In this document: in pieces, positions 19,434 through 28,772 of the stretch
How the letters are laid out: every line of letters starts with the position of its first letter
Position numbering within the stretch: the first letter of the stretch is position 1
From: an uncultured Acidimicrobiia bacterium
Lineage (GTDB): Bacteria > Actinomycetota > Acidimicrobiia > Acidimicrobiales > SZUA-35
Direction of reading: 5' to 3'
Length of the DNA: 64,000 nt
Assembly: GCA_965530755.1 (NCBI GenBank)
Contig: CBESNA010000003.1
Location: 76,848 to 140,847 of the forward strand
Program-made: the position numbers and the translations under genes
Notes under the pieces: model-generated
The model's input: the letters and a program-made list of their open reading frames with translations, nothing else
Databases searched by the model: none
Told to the model about the DNA's origin: nothing

Positions 19434-21206
19434 TCACCGAGCGGAGCGGTGACTGCTGACCCAGTCGAGGAAGGGTTCGCGCTCCCAGGAGTTCACCACC
19501 GAGTCTCGTGGCGCCCAGCCCCGCTGTGCCGTCAGCACGCCGTACTCCATGCGCCCGAGTTCGGAGGTGTGGTGACTGTCGGTGTTGATCACGAGCTTCA
19601 CACCTCTGGCCACCGCCTGGCGCACGACGTCAGACGCGGCGTCGAGCCGTTGCAGTGCTCCGTTGATCTCGAGCGCGACGTCGTATTCGAACAGGGCCTC
19701 GAGCACAGCTGCCACATCGATCTCGATGCCGGGGCGGCGGCCGATGTACCGACCGGTGAGGTGGCCGATGGAATCCACGGTCGGGTCAGCGATGGCGGCG
19801 ATCAGCCGGTCGGTCTGCTGGGCGATCGAGCGGTCGAAGTGCGAGTGCACCGATGCCACCGTGTAGTCGAACATCGCCCGGAACTCGTCGGTGTAGTCCA
19901 GGCCACCATCGGGTCCGATGTTCAGCTCGCACCCCCAGAGGATCGTCAGATCGGGATGATCCGCCTGGATGTCACGGATCACCTCGCGATGTTCCAGCAT
20001 TTCGTCAGCCGACGAACCGTTGATGGTGAGGTCTTCGCCGTGGTCGGTGATGGCCAGATACTCGTACCCCGCCGAAGCGGCAACGGCCACCATCTCGGCA
20101 ACGGTCGAACGCCCGTCTCCGGATCGATCAGTGTGATAGTGGAGGTCACCACGGATGTGTGACCGTTCGATGAGCTCTGGGAACACGGCGTCCGAGTCGT
20201 TCGCCGCTGCGTCGATCTCGCCCGTTGCCTCCCGCATGGGCGGCGGGACGAATCCCAGTCCCAGCGCCTCGTAGATCTCGGCCTCGGTGGCTTGGGCGAC
20301 GCAGTGCCCCGCCTTCCCGGTCTCGTCGTCGACCTCGAAGAGTCCATACTCGTTGAGGGTGAGCCCACGGTCCATCGCCCGCTGGCGGAGCTCGATGTTG
20401 TGCGCCTTCGACCCAGTGAAGTAGAGGGTCGCAGCGCCGAATTCCTTGTCAGCGACGACCCGGACGTCGACTTGCAGCCCGGCGGCGGTGAGGAACGACG
20501 TCTTTGTGTCGCCGCTGACGACGATCTCAACCACGTCGACATGGTTGCGCACCCCCTCCATGACCGTTGACGGGTCATTTGAGGAGACTGTGATGTCGAT
20601 ATCGCCGATTGTTTCGGAGAACCGCCGGAGCGAACCGCAGTACTGCACTCGATCGACACCATCGATGGCCTCGAGATCAGCGACGAGACGCTGGGCAAGG
20701 GGCAGCGCGTCGGCAATCGGTGTCCTTTGGTCCTTGCCGGTCAGACCCAACCGCTCGATGGCTTTGGCAATCTTGGCTTCACTCGTCGCTCCGAGGCCGG
20801 GCAAGGTTCGCAACTTCTCCTCTGCGATAGCGGTACGCAGGTCCTCGACGTTCTCCACGCCGAGTTCGGATCGAACCAGCTTGAGGGTCTTGGGTCCGAG
20901 ACCGGGGATCCGGCTCAGGGCAACGACCTCAGGCGGAAACGCAGCACGGAGAGTCTCGAGCTTGTCGACGACCCCGGTATCGACGAACTCGCGGATCTTC
21001 GTGGCCGTCGACTTGCCCACGCCGTTGACGGCGACCAATTCGCCGGCCGTCAGATCAGCGATGGGCCCGACCACGGCTTGAAGGCCCTGCTTCGCCTTCT
21101 CGTACGCACGGACCTTGAATGACTGCGGACTTCCCTCCTGCAGTGCCGTCAGGGTCACCAGCTCGTCGAGCATGGCAAGAATCGAAGCATTGGAGGTGGT
21201 CGCCAT
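19434..21206 (-). CDS. polX: DNA polymerase X family protein with C-terminal PHP phosphoesterase domain
   Basis: Pol-beta-like N-half (HhH GLGPKTLKL, GSLRRFSETIGDIDI) and PHP half (RGDLHYHTDRSGDG, LAITDHG). ATG 21206 was chosen; the upstream 161 codons of the track ORF are low-complexity. Confidence 0.9.
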   Translation of the reverse strand: MATTSNASILAMLDELVTLTALQEGSPQSFKVRAYEKAKQGLQAVVGPIADLTAGELVAVNGVGKSTATKIREFVDTGVVDKLETLRAAFPPEVVALSRIPGLGPKTLKLVRSELGVENVEDLRTAIAEEKLRTLPGLGATSEAKIAKAIERLGLTGKDQRTPIADALPLAQRLVADLEAIDGVDRVQYCGSLRRFSETIGDIDITVSSNDPSTVMEGVRNHVDVVEIVVSGDTKTSFLTAAGLQVDVRVVADKEFGAATLYFTGSKAHNIELRQRAMDRGLTLNEYGLFEVDDETGKAGHCVAQATEAEIYEALGLGFVPPPMREATGEIDAAANDSDAVFPELIERSHIRGDLHYHTDRSGDGRSTVAEMVAVAASAGYEYLAITDHGEDLTINGSSADEMLEHREVIRDIQADHPDLTILWGCELNIGPDGGLDYTDEFRAMFDYTVASVHSHFDRSIAQQTDRLIAAIADPTVDSIGHLTGRYIGRRPGIEIDVAAVLEALFEYDVALEINGALQRLDAASDVVRQAVARGVKLVINTDSHHTSELGRMEYGVLTAQRGWAPRDSVVNSWEREPFLDWVSSHRSAR

Positions 21207-21239
21207 GTCCCGATCGTAGGCAATGGGTAGTCTGCGGCG

Positions 21240-22253
21240 GTGCTCGTCGTGTTCGTCGTCCTCCTCGCCGTCCTGGCACTCGTGCTGCTGATGCTGTTGC
21301 TCCAGTCGCGCGGAGCCCTCGCTTCCACGCAGGAGACCCTGGCCTCGACACAGCGGGATCTCGTCTCGAGCCGAACCAGAACCACAGAACTCGACGCGCG
21401 GGTGGCCGAGCTGGACATCGCTCGTTCGGAAGCCGAGGAGCTCGTCGGGGAACTCCGTACCGAGCTGGCCGCCGAAAACGATCGGGCCACGGCGGCCGAG
21501 GCGAACACCGCCGAGCTCGAAGCAGCACGGGCCGACGCCGAAACCACCCGATCCCAGATCGAGACTGCCCTGACGGAACGAACGGAGGCGCTCGCCGACG
21601 CACAGTCGATCATCGAGACGCGGAACCGAGCCGCCGAGGAGCAGGCGGCGGAGATCCTCGACCTGACCCATCAGAGCGAGCAACTCCAAGTCGAGCTCGT
21701 GGAGGCCGCCGACAAGGCGGCCAAACAGCGAGCCCCCACCGTTCCGAGCGTGCTGGTGTCCGACGACGGAGCGGACCTCGACGTCCCCGGCTACAACCCA
21801 TCGATGGCGTGGGAGCTCGAACTCGTACGTAGCGCCAGGACCTGGCGATACAGCGTTGCCGCCAATCCCGTCGAAGATGCGAATCCGTTCGATGGCGCCG
21901 AGAATCCCCTGAAACTGGCCGTCGAGATCGAGGCGCTGGCACTACGCGAGGACGTCGGAGCGTTCATCGGCATCGATTGGCGGGCTGGAAACACGATCGA
22001 CCCGGACATCGACCCGGCACGTGCCCACCTGACGCTTCGCCTTGCCCAGGAACTCCTCGCCTCTGCGGCTCGTGAGATGTCACCCTCGACGTTGATCGTT
22101 GTGCCCGATCCCGCTCGCGGCGGCGTGTCGCTGGAAGTCGTCGCGTCTGATCCGGACGACGTCGATTTCAAGATCCCGCCACCACCGATCGCCAGCGAGT
22201 GGATCGGCATCGACGAGCACGGCGGCATGGTCGTGACGGTCAGAGTCGACTGA
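21240..22253 (+). CDS. Membrane-anchored coiled-coil protein, function unknown
   Basis: GTG start, N-terminal TM helix (LVVFVVLLAVLALVLLMLLL), about 150 aa of Ala/Glu-rich heptad-like sequence, then a globular C-terminus. Confidence 0.6.
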   Translation: MLVVFVVLLAVLALVLLMLLLQSRGALASTQETLASTQRDLVSSRTRTTELDARVAELDIARSEAEELVGELRTELAAENDRATAAEANTAELEAARADAETTRSQIETALTERTEALADAQSIIETRNRAAEEQAAEILDLTHQSEQLQVELVEAADKAAKQRAPTVPSVLVSDDGADLDVPGYNPSMAWELELVRSARTWRYSVAANPVEDANPFDGAENPLKLAVEIEALALREDVGAFIGIDWRAGNTIDPDIDPARAHLTLRLAQELLASAAREMSPSTLIVVPDPARGGVSLEVVASDPDDVDFKIPPPPIASEWIGIDEHGGMVVTVRVD

Positions 22254-22373
22254 ACCCGGCCGTCTGGCAAACACCTGGCCTTCCGAACGACCGGTCGACT
22301 AGTGAAAATTGACTGCCTGCAAGAGTCGATCCGAGTGGCCGACCTTGCGGAGGGCCATGGGTACTCTCGCTCC

Positions 22374-22802
22374 ATGGTGCGATGGTTCATGATTGATGAC
22401 AACGCCGAAGACCGCTCGATCCTCGAGCTTGCGCTCGACACGGTCGACGGTGTCGAGGCCGAGATGTTCGCTTCCGGGATCGAGGTGCTCGATCGTTTCG
22501 AGGCCGGAGATGTTCCCGACCTCCTCGTCCTCGACCTCGAGATGCCGGATCTGACAGCGATCGAGATGCTGGCCGAGATCCGGGAGTCGCCCAGAACGGC
22601 CACCCTCCCGGTGGTGGTCCTCTCGGCCAACACCGATCTCGACCGGGTCGACCACGTCTACCGCAACGGTGCCAACGTCTTCTTCGCCAAGCCGGACTCG
22701 GTGTTCGGCTTCGCCCGGCTGTTCCAGAACCTTCATGAGTTTTGGGACATGGCCGTGCCACCACCCGTGGCCGTCGAGCCGTCGTTCGATCATTCGATGT
22801 AG
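22374..22802 (+). CDS. Single-domain response regulator (CheY-like receiver)
   Basis: FMIDDNAED (acidic pocket), DLLVLDLEMPD (phospho-acceptor Asp), VVVLSAN, FFAKP. There is no output domain and no histidine kinase in the window. Confidence 0.8.
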   Translation: MVRWFMIDDNAEDRSILELALDTVDGVEAEMFASGIEVLDRFEAGDVPDLLVLDLEMPDLTAIEMLAEIRESPRTATLPVVVLSANTDLDRVDHVYRNGANVFFAKPDSVFGFARLFQNLHEFWDMAVPPPVAVEPSFDHSM

Positions 22803-22834
22803 TTCGAATCTGAATTAGATGGTAGTCTGGTGGG

Positions 22835-23881
22835 GTGACAGCCTCGCCGCAGACCCATTCGATCAGACAGACCTTTCCACTCGGCGCCCAATGGCCGACC
22901 ATCGACCCATTTCTCTTCGTCGCCCACCACCGTGACGCCTATCCCCAGGGCACCGACCGACTCGGTCCGGCGGCCCCGCTCGACGGCCGCAACCTCGGCC
23001 AGGACTTCGGCGGCAAAGACGGGTGGAACATGTACCACGGCACCGGCGTTCCCGGCTTCCCCCAGCACCCCCACCGAGGCTTCGAGACGGTGACCTACGT
23101 CCGTTCCGGGCGAATCGATCACGCCGACTCCCTCGGCGCCACCGCTCGCTTCGGCGACGGCGACACTCAGTGGATGACAGCCGGCTCCGGGATCCAGCAC
23201 TGCGAGATGTTCCCGCTGCTTCATCAGGATCAGCCAAATCCACTCGAGCTGTTTCAGATCTGGCTCAACCTCCCGGCCGAAGACAAGATGGTCGACCCCT
23301 ACTTCACGATGCTGTGGCGTGATGACACGCCAACGGTTCGCCTCGGCGGTGACGGCCCCCACGTCGACATCACCGTCATTGCGGGCGATCTGTTCGGCGC
23401 CGCGGCCGCCGCACCCCCACCCAACTCCTGGGCTGCCCGGCCTGCGGCCGAGGTCGGTGTCTGGCACCTGAGCTTCGAACCCGGAGCGACCATGACGTTG
23501 CCCCAGACGCTGGCCGATTCAACCCAGCGCGTCCTCTATGCGTTCGAGGGTTCGTCCATCTCGATCGACGGGACGACGCTCGATGCAGGAAACGGTGCGC
23601 TTCTGGCCAGCGACAACGACGTCGCTCTCGAGGCCGGTCCCGGCGGAGTCGAGTGCCTTGTCCTCCAGGGACATCCGATCAATGAGCCCGTGGCCCGATA
23701 CGGACCGTTCGTGATGAACACGGACGACGAGATCCGCCAAGCCTTCGCCGACTACCGCACGACCGAGTTCGGCGGGTGGCCGTGGCCCTCCCCCGAGCCG
23801 AACCACGGTCCGACCAAGGGTCGATTCGCCATCCACGCCGACGGCCGACTCGAGGATGCCGACCAACCGTCCAGGGTCTGA
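22835..23881 (+). CDS. Pirin family protein
   Basis: Bicupin with HPHRGFETVTYV..G...H.DS motif. GTG start. Confidence 0.85.
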   Translation: MTASPQTHSIRQTFPLGAQWPTIDPFLFVAHHRDAYPQGTDRLGPAAPLDGRNLGQDFGGKDGWNMYHGTGVPGFPQHPHRGFETVTYVRSGRIDHADSLGATARFGDGDTQWMTAGSGIQHCEMFPLLHQDQPNPLELFQIWLNLPAEDKMVDPYFTMLWRDDTPTVRLGGDGPHVDITVIAGDLFGAAAAAPPPNSWAARPAAEVGVWHLSFEPGATMTLPQTLADSTQRVLYAFEGSSISIDGTTLDAGNGALLASDNDVALEAGPGGVECLVLQGHPINEPVARYGPFVMNTDDEIRQAFADYRTTEFGGWPWPSPEPNHGPTKGRFAIHADGRLEDADQPSRV

Positions 23882-23925
23882 AAGCCACGGCCGCAACCAG
23901 CGGGCAACGCGCCTACGGTGCGAAC

Positions 23926-26091
23926 GTGAGCGAATCGGGCAGTGGCAGTGAGCAGCGCGTGATCGCCGAACCGCCGCGTCCCACCGATGCGGAGGTGGCA
24001 TCCGAGCTCGATGCCCACGTGAAGGCGCTTGCGGGTCCGGAGGCGACAGCCAGGCCAGAACAGCTGGCCGCCGTTCAAGCAGTGGTGGCCGGACGGCGCC
24101 GGACGCTGCTGGTGGCCCGCACCGGCTTCGGCAAGTCCGCTGTCTATTTCTCGGCGACGCGCATGCTTCGAGACCGAGGATGGGGCCCCACCGTCGTCGT
24201 CTCACCGCTTCTCGCCCTGATGCGAGACCAGGTCGACGCAGCACGCCGCCTCGGTCTGTCGGCCGAGACCATCAACTCGTCGAACCTCGACGCATGGGAT
24301 TCGATCGAGACCCGAATCAACGACGACACGATCGACCTCTTGCTGATCGCCCCGGAGCGACTCGCCAATGCAGGATTTCGACGTCGCGTGTTCGACACGA
24401 TGCGCACCCGAGCATTCGCACTCGTGTGCGACGAGGCTCACTGCATCTCCGACTGGGGACACGACTTCCGGCCCGACTATCGCCGCCTCCGCCGTTTGCT
24501 CGAGGATCTGCCGGCCTGGACCCCCGTCCTTGCCACGACCGCCACCGCCAACCAACGCGTCACCGACGACGTCGCCGCACAGTTGGGTGAGGACACCCTC
24601 GTCCTCCGCACTTCGCTCGATCGATCGTCGCTTCATCTGTCGGTCGTCGACCTCCCGGACGATGCTCATCGATTGGCCTGGCTGGGCACCCACCTCGACG
24701 AGCTCGATGGCTCGGGCATCATCTACTGCCTCACGGTTGATCAAGCCGAGACCACCGCGTCATGGCTGCGATCCCGCGGCCACGCCGTCGAGGCATACAG
24801 CGGAGGCGTCGATCCGGAACGGCGTTTGCTTCTGGAGCGTCAACTCCGGGACAACGAGCTGAAGGCCCTGGTCGCCACCTCGGCGCTCGGCATGGGTTTC
24901 GACAAGGGCGACATGGCGTTCTGCGTGCATCTCGGGCTCCCCCCGTCTCCGGTCGCGTACTACCAGCAGATCGGCCGCGCCGGCCGCAACATCGACCGGG
25001 CTTCGGTCATCGCGCTTCCGAGACCGACCGAGGACGGCGCCGTGTGGCGATGGTTCGAGTCGGTCTCCATGCCCACCGAGGCCACGTGTCGGTCCGTTCT
25101 CGACGAGCTCGAGCTCCACGGCTCCTCTTCGGTGGCGGCACTGGAGATCAACGTCAATCTCGGCCGCACCCGCCTCGGCACGCTGATGAACATCCTCGAT
25201 GTGGACGGCGCGGTCGAACGGGTCAAGGGTGGCTGGGCCAGGACGAGCGAACCCTGGAGCTACAACCACGAGCTCGTCGACAGCTTGAAGCAACTGCGCC
25301 GCGCCGAAGGCGAGCAGATGCGGGACTGGGCATCGCTCACGACCTGCCGCCTCCGCTACCTCCGCGAGGCTCTCGACGATGCCGAGGCCGACAATTGTGG
25401 TCGGTGCGACAACTGCACGGGGCGCCGGCCAGACCTCAGTACTGACCCCGCAGATGTAGCGGCAGCGAGCCAACGCCTCCGCGGCGGCGACGTGGTGATC
25501 GATGCCCGTAAACAGTGGCCGTCCGGACTCGGCGCCCCGAGGGGCAAAATCGCGCCGGAGCGCCAGCCGTCCGAGGGCAGGGCACTCGCTCGTGTCGGCG
25601 ACGGAGGTTGGGGGCCCGTGGTGGAGCGGCTGATAGCCGCCGCCGACCGGGGCGAAGCTGCCGAGCTTCCGCCCGACCTCGGCATCGCCTTGGCCCAGAT
25701 CCTGAAGCGGTGGCCTTGGGAGGCCAGACCGACCTGGATCTGCCCGATGCCTTCGCGCCGTCGCGACGACCTGATCAACGCGATCGCCGAACATCTCGGA
25801 ACTCTCGGGAAACTCCCAGTGCATCAGGCTCTCGTCGACGCTGCCGTCACGGACCGAGACCACGACGCCGGCCACCAGGCCGACCAGTCCAATTCGGCCC
25901 ACCAGGTGAGCAACGTGTGGGGTCGGCTTGCGATCGACGAGACGGCGGTCCCTCCCCCCGACATCGCCGCCGGGCCCGTCCTGCTCATCGACGACGAGGT
26001 CGACAGCCGATGGACGCTCTCGATCGCTGCCCACACGCTGACCGGCGCAGGGTTCGGGCCCGTCTTGCCGCTGGCCCTTCGGTCTCGATAG
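23926..26091 (+). CDS. RecQ-like ATP-dependent DNA helicase (RqlH-like, no HRDC) with C-terminal ComF/PRTase-like domain
   Basis: Motif I ARTGFGKS; motif II VCDEAHCISDWGHDFRPDY; TATA; Zn module CRLRYL..CGRCDNC. The C-terminal ~190 aa contain ICPMPSRRR...VLLIDDEVDSRWT (PRTase-like). GTG 23926 lies just after the pirin stop. Confidence 0.85.
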   Translation: MSESGSGSEQRVIAEPPRPTDAEVASELDAHVKALAGPEATARPEQLAAVQAVVAGRRRTLLVARTGFGKSAVYFSATRMLRDRGWGPTVVVSPLLALMRDQVDAARRLGLSAETINSSNLDAWDSIETRINDDTIDLLLIAPERLANAGFRRRVFDTMRTRAFALVCDEAHCISDWGHDFRPDYRRLRRLLEDLPAWTPVLATTATANQRVTDDVAAQLGEDTLVLRTSLDRSSLHLSVVDLPDDAHRLAWLGTHLDELDGSGIIYCLTVDQAETTASWLRSRGHAVEAYSGGVDPERRLLLERQLRDNELKALVATSALGMGFDKGDMAFCVHLGLPPSPVAYYQQIGRAGRNIDRASVIALPRPTEDGAVWRWFESVSMPTEATCRSVLDELELHGSSSVAALEINVNLGRTRLGTLMNILDVDGAVERVKGGWARTSEPWSYNHELVDSLKQLRRAEGEQMRDWASLTTCRLRYLREALDDAEADNCGRCDNCTGRRPDLSTDPADVAAASQRLRGGDVVIDARKQWPSGLGAPRGKIAPERQPSEGRALARVGDGGWGPVVERLIAAADRGEAAELPPDLGIALAQILKRWPWEARPTWICPMPSRRRDDLINAIAEHLGTLGKLPVHQALVDAAVTDRDHDAGHQADQSNSAHQVSNVWGRLAIDETAVPPPDIAAGPVLLIDDEVDSRWTLSIAAHTLTGAGFGPVLPLALRSR

Positions 26092-26152
26092 GCCGTTCGG
26101 CCGATTTCACCTTTCGCGGTCATACATCACGCAGTGTGACCGATGAAACAGT

Positions 26153-26827
26153 GTGGATCGCCGCATCGTCATCCCCGGGCTCAGAGCCATCGTCTCCCAT
26201 GCGTGGGTCAACGTGGTCACCGGGAAGATCGTGCCGCTCGTGATATTCCTCGCGTTGTTCAGTTCGGTTGGCATCACGGCCGCTGTGCTGGCCGCGCTGG
26301 CGTGGTCGCTCGGACTGGTTGCGTACCAACGGGCCAACGGCCATCGAATTGCCGGTCTGGTCATCCTCAGCATCGTGGGCAACACCGCCAAGACGATCGT
26401 GGCGCTCGCCACCGGCAGCGTGGTCGCCTACTTCATCCAGCCGACCATCAGCACGACGCTGATCGGCACCGCCTTTCTCCTGTCGGTCCCGCTGGGTTTC
26501 CCGCTGGCCGAACGACTCGTCAACGACTTCTGCCCGATCGACGAGGCGACGAAAGCGGAGCCGGCGTACAACGCATTCTTTCCTCGCCTGTCGTTTCTCT
26601 GGGCAGCGACGAGCCTCCTCAACGGCGGCGTGACGCTCTACCTGCTCCTCACCCAGTCGATAGCGAAGTTCCTGATCATCAAGGCGTTTCTCGGACCTGC
26701 GACCACGACGCTGACGATCGCTGTCGGACTGTGGTGGTTCCGACGCTCGATGAAGGCCGCCGGCATCGAAGTGGTACTGGCCAGGCGGATCCGAGCGGAT
26801 CCGGTCAGCCCTCTCGTCGCAACCTGA
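26153..26827 (+). CDS. Polytopic membrane protein, function unknown
   Basis: 224 aa with 5-6 predicted TM helices and a GTG start. The 3' end overlaps the convergent etfA by 23 nt. Confidence 0.55.
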   Translation: MDRRIVIPGLRAIVSHAWVNVVTGKIVPLVIFLALFSSVGITAAVLAALAWSLGLVAYQRANGHRIAGLVILSIVGNTAKTIVALATGSVVAYFIQPTISTTLIGTAFLLSVPLGFPLAERLVNDFCPIDEATKAEPAYNAFFPRLSFLWAATSLLNGGVTLYLLLTQSIAKFLIIKAFLGPATTTLTIAVGLWWFRRSMKAAGIEVVLARRIRADPVSPLVAT

Positions 26828-27761
26828 TCTCGGCGACGATCGCAGGGATCACTTCGTGGAGATCTCCGATCACGGCATAGTCGGCCTTGGTCACCATGTT
26901 CGCGTTCGGATCAGTGTTGATGGCCAGGATGTTCTTGCTCGCCATTGCCCCGACCCAATGCTGAATGGCGCCGGAGATCCCGCTGGCGATGTAGATCTCG
27001 GGAGCGATCCGAGTGCCGGTCTGGCCGACCTGATCGGAGTGGGGTCGCCAACCATTGTTGGTGACGGCCCGCGAACAGCCGACTCGTCCACCGAGCAGCT
27101 CGGCGAGTTCGTCCAATGGTGCGAACTCGGCCGCCCCACCGACCCCACGACCGCCGCTGACGACGACGGGGGCTGTTGCCAGGGTGACGCCGGCCTCGGC
27201 GATCTCACGACCCCGCACGATCGTGAGCGCCGCTGATTCGTCAAGCTCGGCTGCGAACGACTCCGTCGAGCACTCGGCTGCTCCACCCTCCACCGCTTCC
27301 ACCGCGTGGTGGGCCACCGACACGATCCTCGAGTCGGCTTCGAGCGATGTCCGCTCGAGAAGCGAGCCACCCCATTGCACGCGGGTCATCTCCTCGGCGC
27401 CGTCGTCGAGCTCCACTACGTTGGCCACGAACGGGAGATCGAGCCGGGCAGCGGCTTGGGCCAGGACCTCGTTGCCCTTCGATGTGCCACAGGCCAGCAC
27501 GAGGTCCGGATCGTTCTCTTCGATCCAGAGGGCGAGCGCCTGGCCCCAGGCATCGGGACCGAAGTCGGTATCGAGCAGCTCGTGCTCGGCCACATGAACA
27601 CTCGACGCCCCGTGCGCCCCGAGTACGTCGGCGAAGTCGTGGTCGCCGCAGACCAGCACGGCGATCTCGGCTTCGCCGATCGACCTCGCAAAGGTGAGCG
27701 CCTCGAGGGTGGCGGCGGAGAGAACCCCTCGATCGTGTTCGGCAAGCACAACGATGTCCAT
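26805..27761 (-). CDS. etfA: Electron transfer flavoprotein alpha subunit
   Basis: MDIVVLAEH start and FAD-binding C-terminus VVSGGRGVG..PEIYIASGISGAIQHWVG. The ATG shares 1 nt with the etfB stop (TGATG). The track ORF is extended artificially to 28274. Confidence 0.9.
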   Translation of the reverse strand: MDIVVLAEHDRGVLSAATLEALTFARSIGEAEIAVLVCGDHDFADVLGAHGASSVHVAEHELLDTDFGPDAWGQALALWIEENDPDLVLACGTSKGNEVLAQAAARLDLPFVANVVELDDGAEEMTRVQWGGSLLERTSLEADSRIVSVAHHAVEAVEGGAAECSTESFAAELDESAALTIVRGREIAEAGVTLATAPVVVSGGRGVGGAAEFAPLDELAELLGGRVGCSRAVTNNGWRPHSDQVGQTGTRIAPEIYIASGISGAIQHWVGAMASKNILAINTDPNANMVTKADYAVIGDLHEVIPAIVAEIRLRREG

Positions 27762-28546
27762 CACAAGACTCCCAGTTCGTCGAGCAGGTCGACCACGGCC
27801 GCGGCCGCTTCCGGGCCGATGCCCAGCGTGACGGTGGTGCTCTCCTGCTGCGCCGGCTGCAGCAGCCGAAGCAGACGCTGGCCGCCGGCGGCGCCGTCCG
27901 CTTCGAGGACGGTGACCGGCACCTTCTTCGATGCGAGCCGGCCTTTCATCGTGGGATAGCGCGGGAGGTTGAGGCCCTCCTTGACGCCGAGCACCGCCGG
28001 AACCGGCAGCGAGTAGATCTCGAAGCCGCCATCGATGTCGCGCTTGGCCGTCACGGTGCCGGCGTCGAGGTCGACCTCGATGCCCTTGATCGCATTGACG
28101 ATCGGACGTCCGAGCGCGTGGGCCACTCGAACGCCGACCTGGAACCCGCCGGCATCGGCACTTTCGTTGCCGAACAAGATCAGGTCGAAACGACCACCGC
28201 CATCGTCGGCGGGGCGTGCCTCGAGGTCGGCCACTGCACTGGCGATGGCACGTGCGGTGCGCTGCGGATCCCACGCAGTGCCATCGGTCGTCAGCAGGAC
28301 GGCGTGCTGGATGCCGAGCGACGCCGAGTACCGAAGTTGCTCCTCGGCTTCGGGCGGGCCGAGCGTGAGCACGGTGGCATCACCGCCAAATCGCTCGATG
28401 AGCTGCACGGCCTCCTCGACGGCGCACTCCTCGTGCGGACTCATGGCGAAGCCGAGGTGAGCGGTGTCCACGGACTGCTCGTCTGCGGTGATGTTGATCT
28501 TGGCCCCAGGTGCCGGCACCCGTTTGACACACACCAGGATTCGCAT
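27761..28546 (-). CDS. etfB: Electron transfer flavoprotein beta subunit
   Basis: MRILVCVKRVPAPGAKI start, the typical EtfB N-terminus and length. ATG at 28546. Confidence 0.9.
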   Translation of the reverse strand: MRILVCVKRVPAPGAKINITADEQSVDTAHLGFAMSPHEECAVEEAVQLIERFGGDATVLTLGPPEAEEQLRYSASLGIQHAVLLTTDGTAWDPQRTARAIASAVADLEARPADDGGGRFDLILFGNESADAGGFQVGVRVAHALGRPIVNAIKGIEVDLDAGTVTAKRDIDGGFEIYSLPVPAVLGVKEGLNLPRYPTMKGRLASKKVPVTVLEADGAAGGQRLLRLLQPAQQESTTVTLGIGPEAAAAVVDLLDELGVL

Positions 28547-28560
28547 GTTCACATGCTCCG

Positions 28561-28719
28561 TCGCGCAAGCGCCCAGGGGAGCAACTCTAAGAGTTGCCAC
28601 TCGCTGCGCTCAGACAATCCGCGTCGAGCGATCCTTGCTGCTCCCTGCACATGCCCTTTCGCGCATGCGCCCAGGGGAGCAACTCGAAGAGTTGCCACTC
28701 GCTGTGCTCGGACAATCCG
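28561..28719. repeat. Two tandem copies (A 28561-28621, B 28659-28719) of a 61-nt hairpin repeat, 98-bp period
   Basis: 57 of 61 positions are identical. Each copy has stem GCAACTC-[T/G]AA-GAGTTGC followed by CACTCGCTG[C/T]GCTC. The copies fill the intergenic gap between the DMGDH-like stop and the etfB start. Confidence 0.9.
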
Positions 28720-28772
28720 AGACCTCGCTCGGGCTGCTCCGCTCTGCTCCGCAGCGTGAACAACGATGGTCA

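Noticed and set aside
21240-22802. The C-terminus of the coiled-coil membrane protein considered as a degenerate GHKL/HATPase domain forming a non-canonical kinase pair with the adjacent orphan receiver.
   Set aside because: The resemblance is vague (HLTLRLAQELLASAA, VASDPDD). There is no H-box histidine and no G2 box. The two genes are separated by 120 bp. This is not enough evidence.
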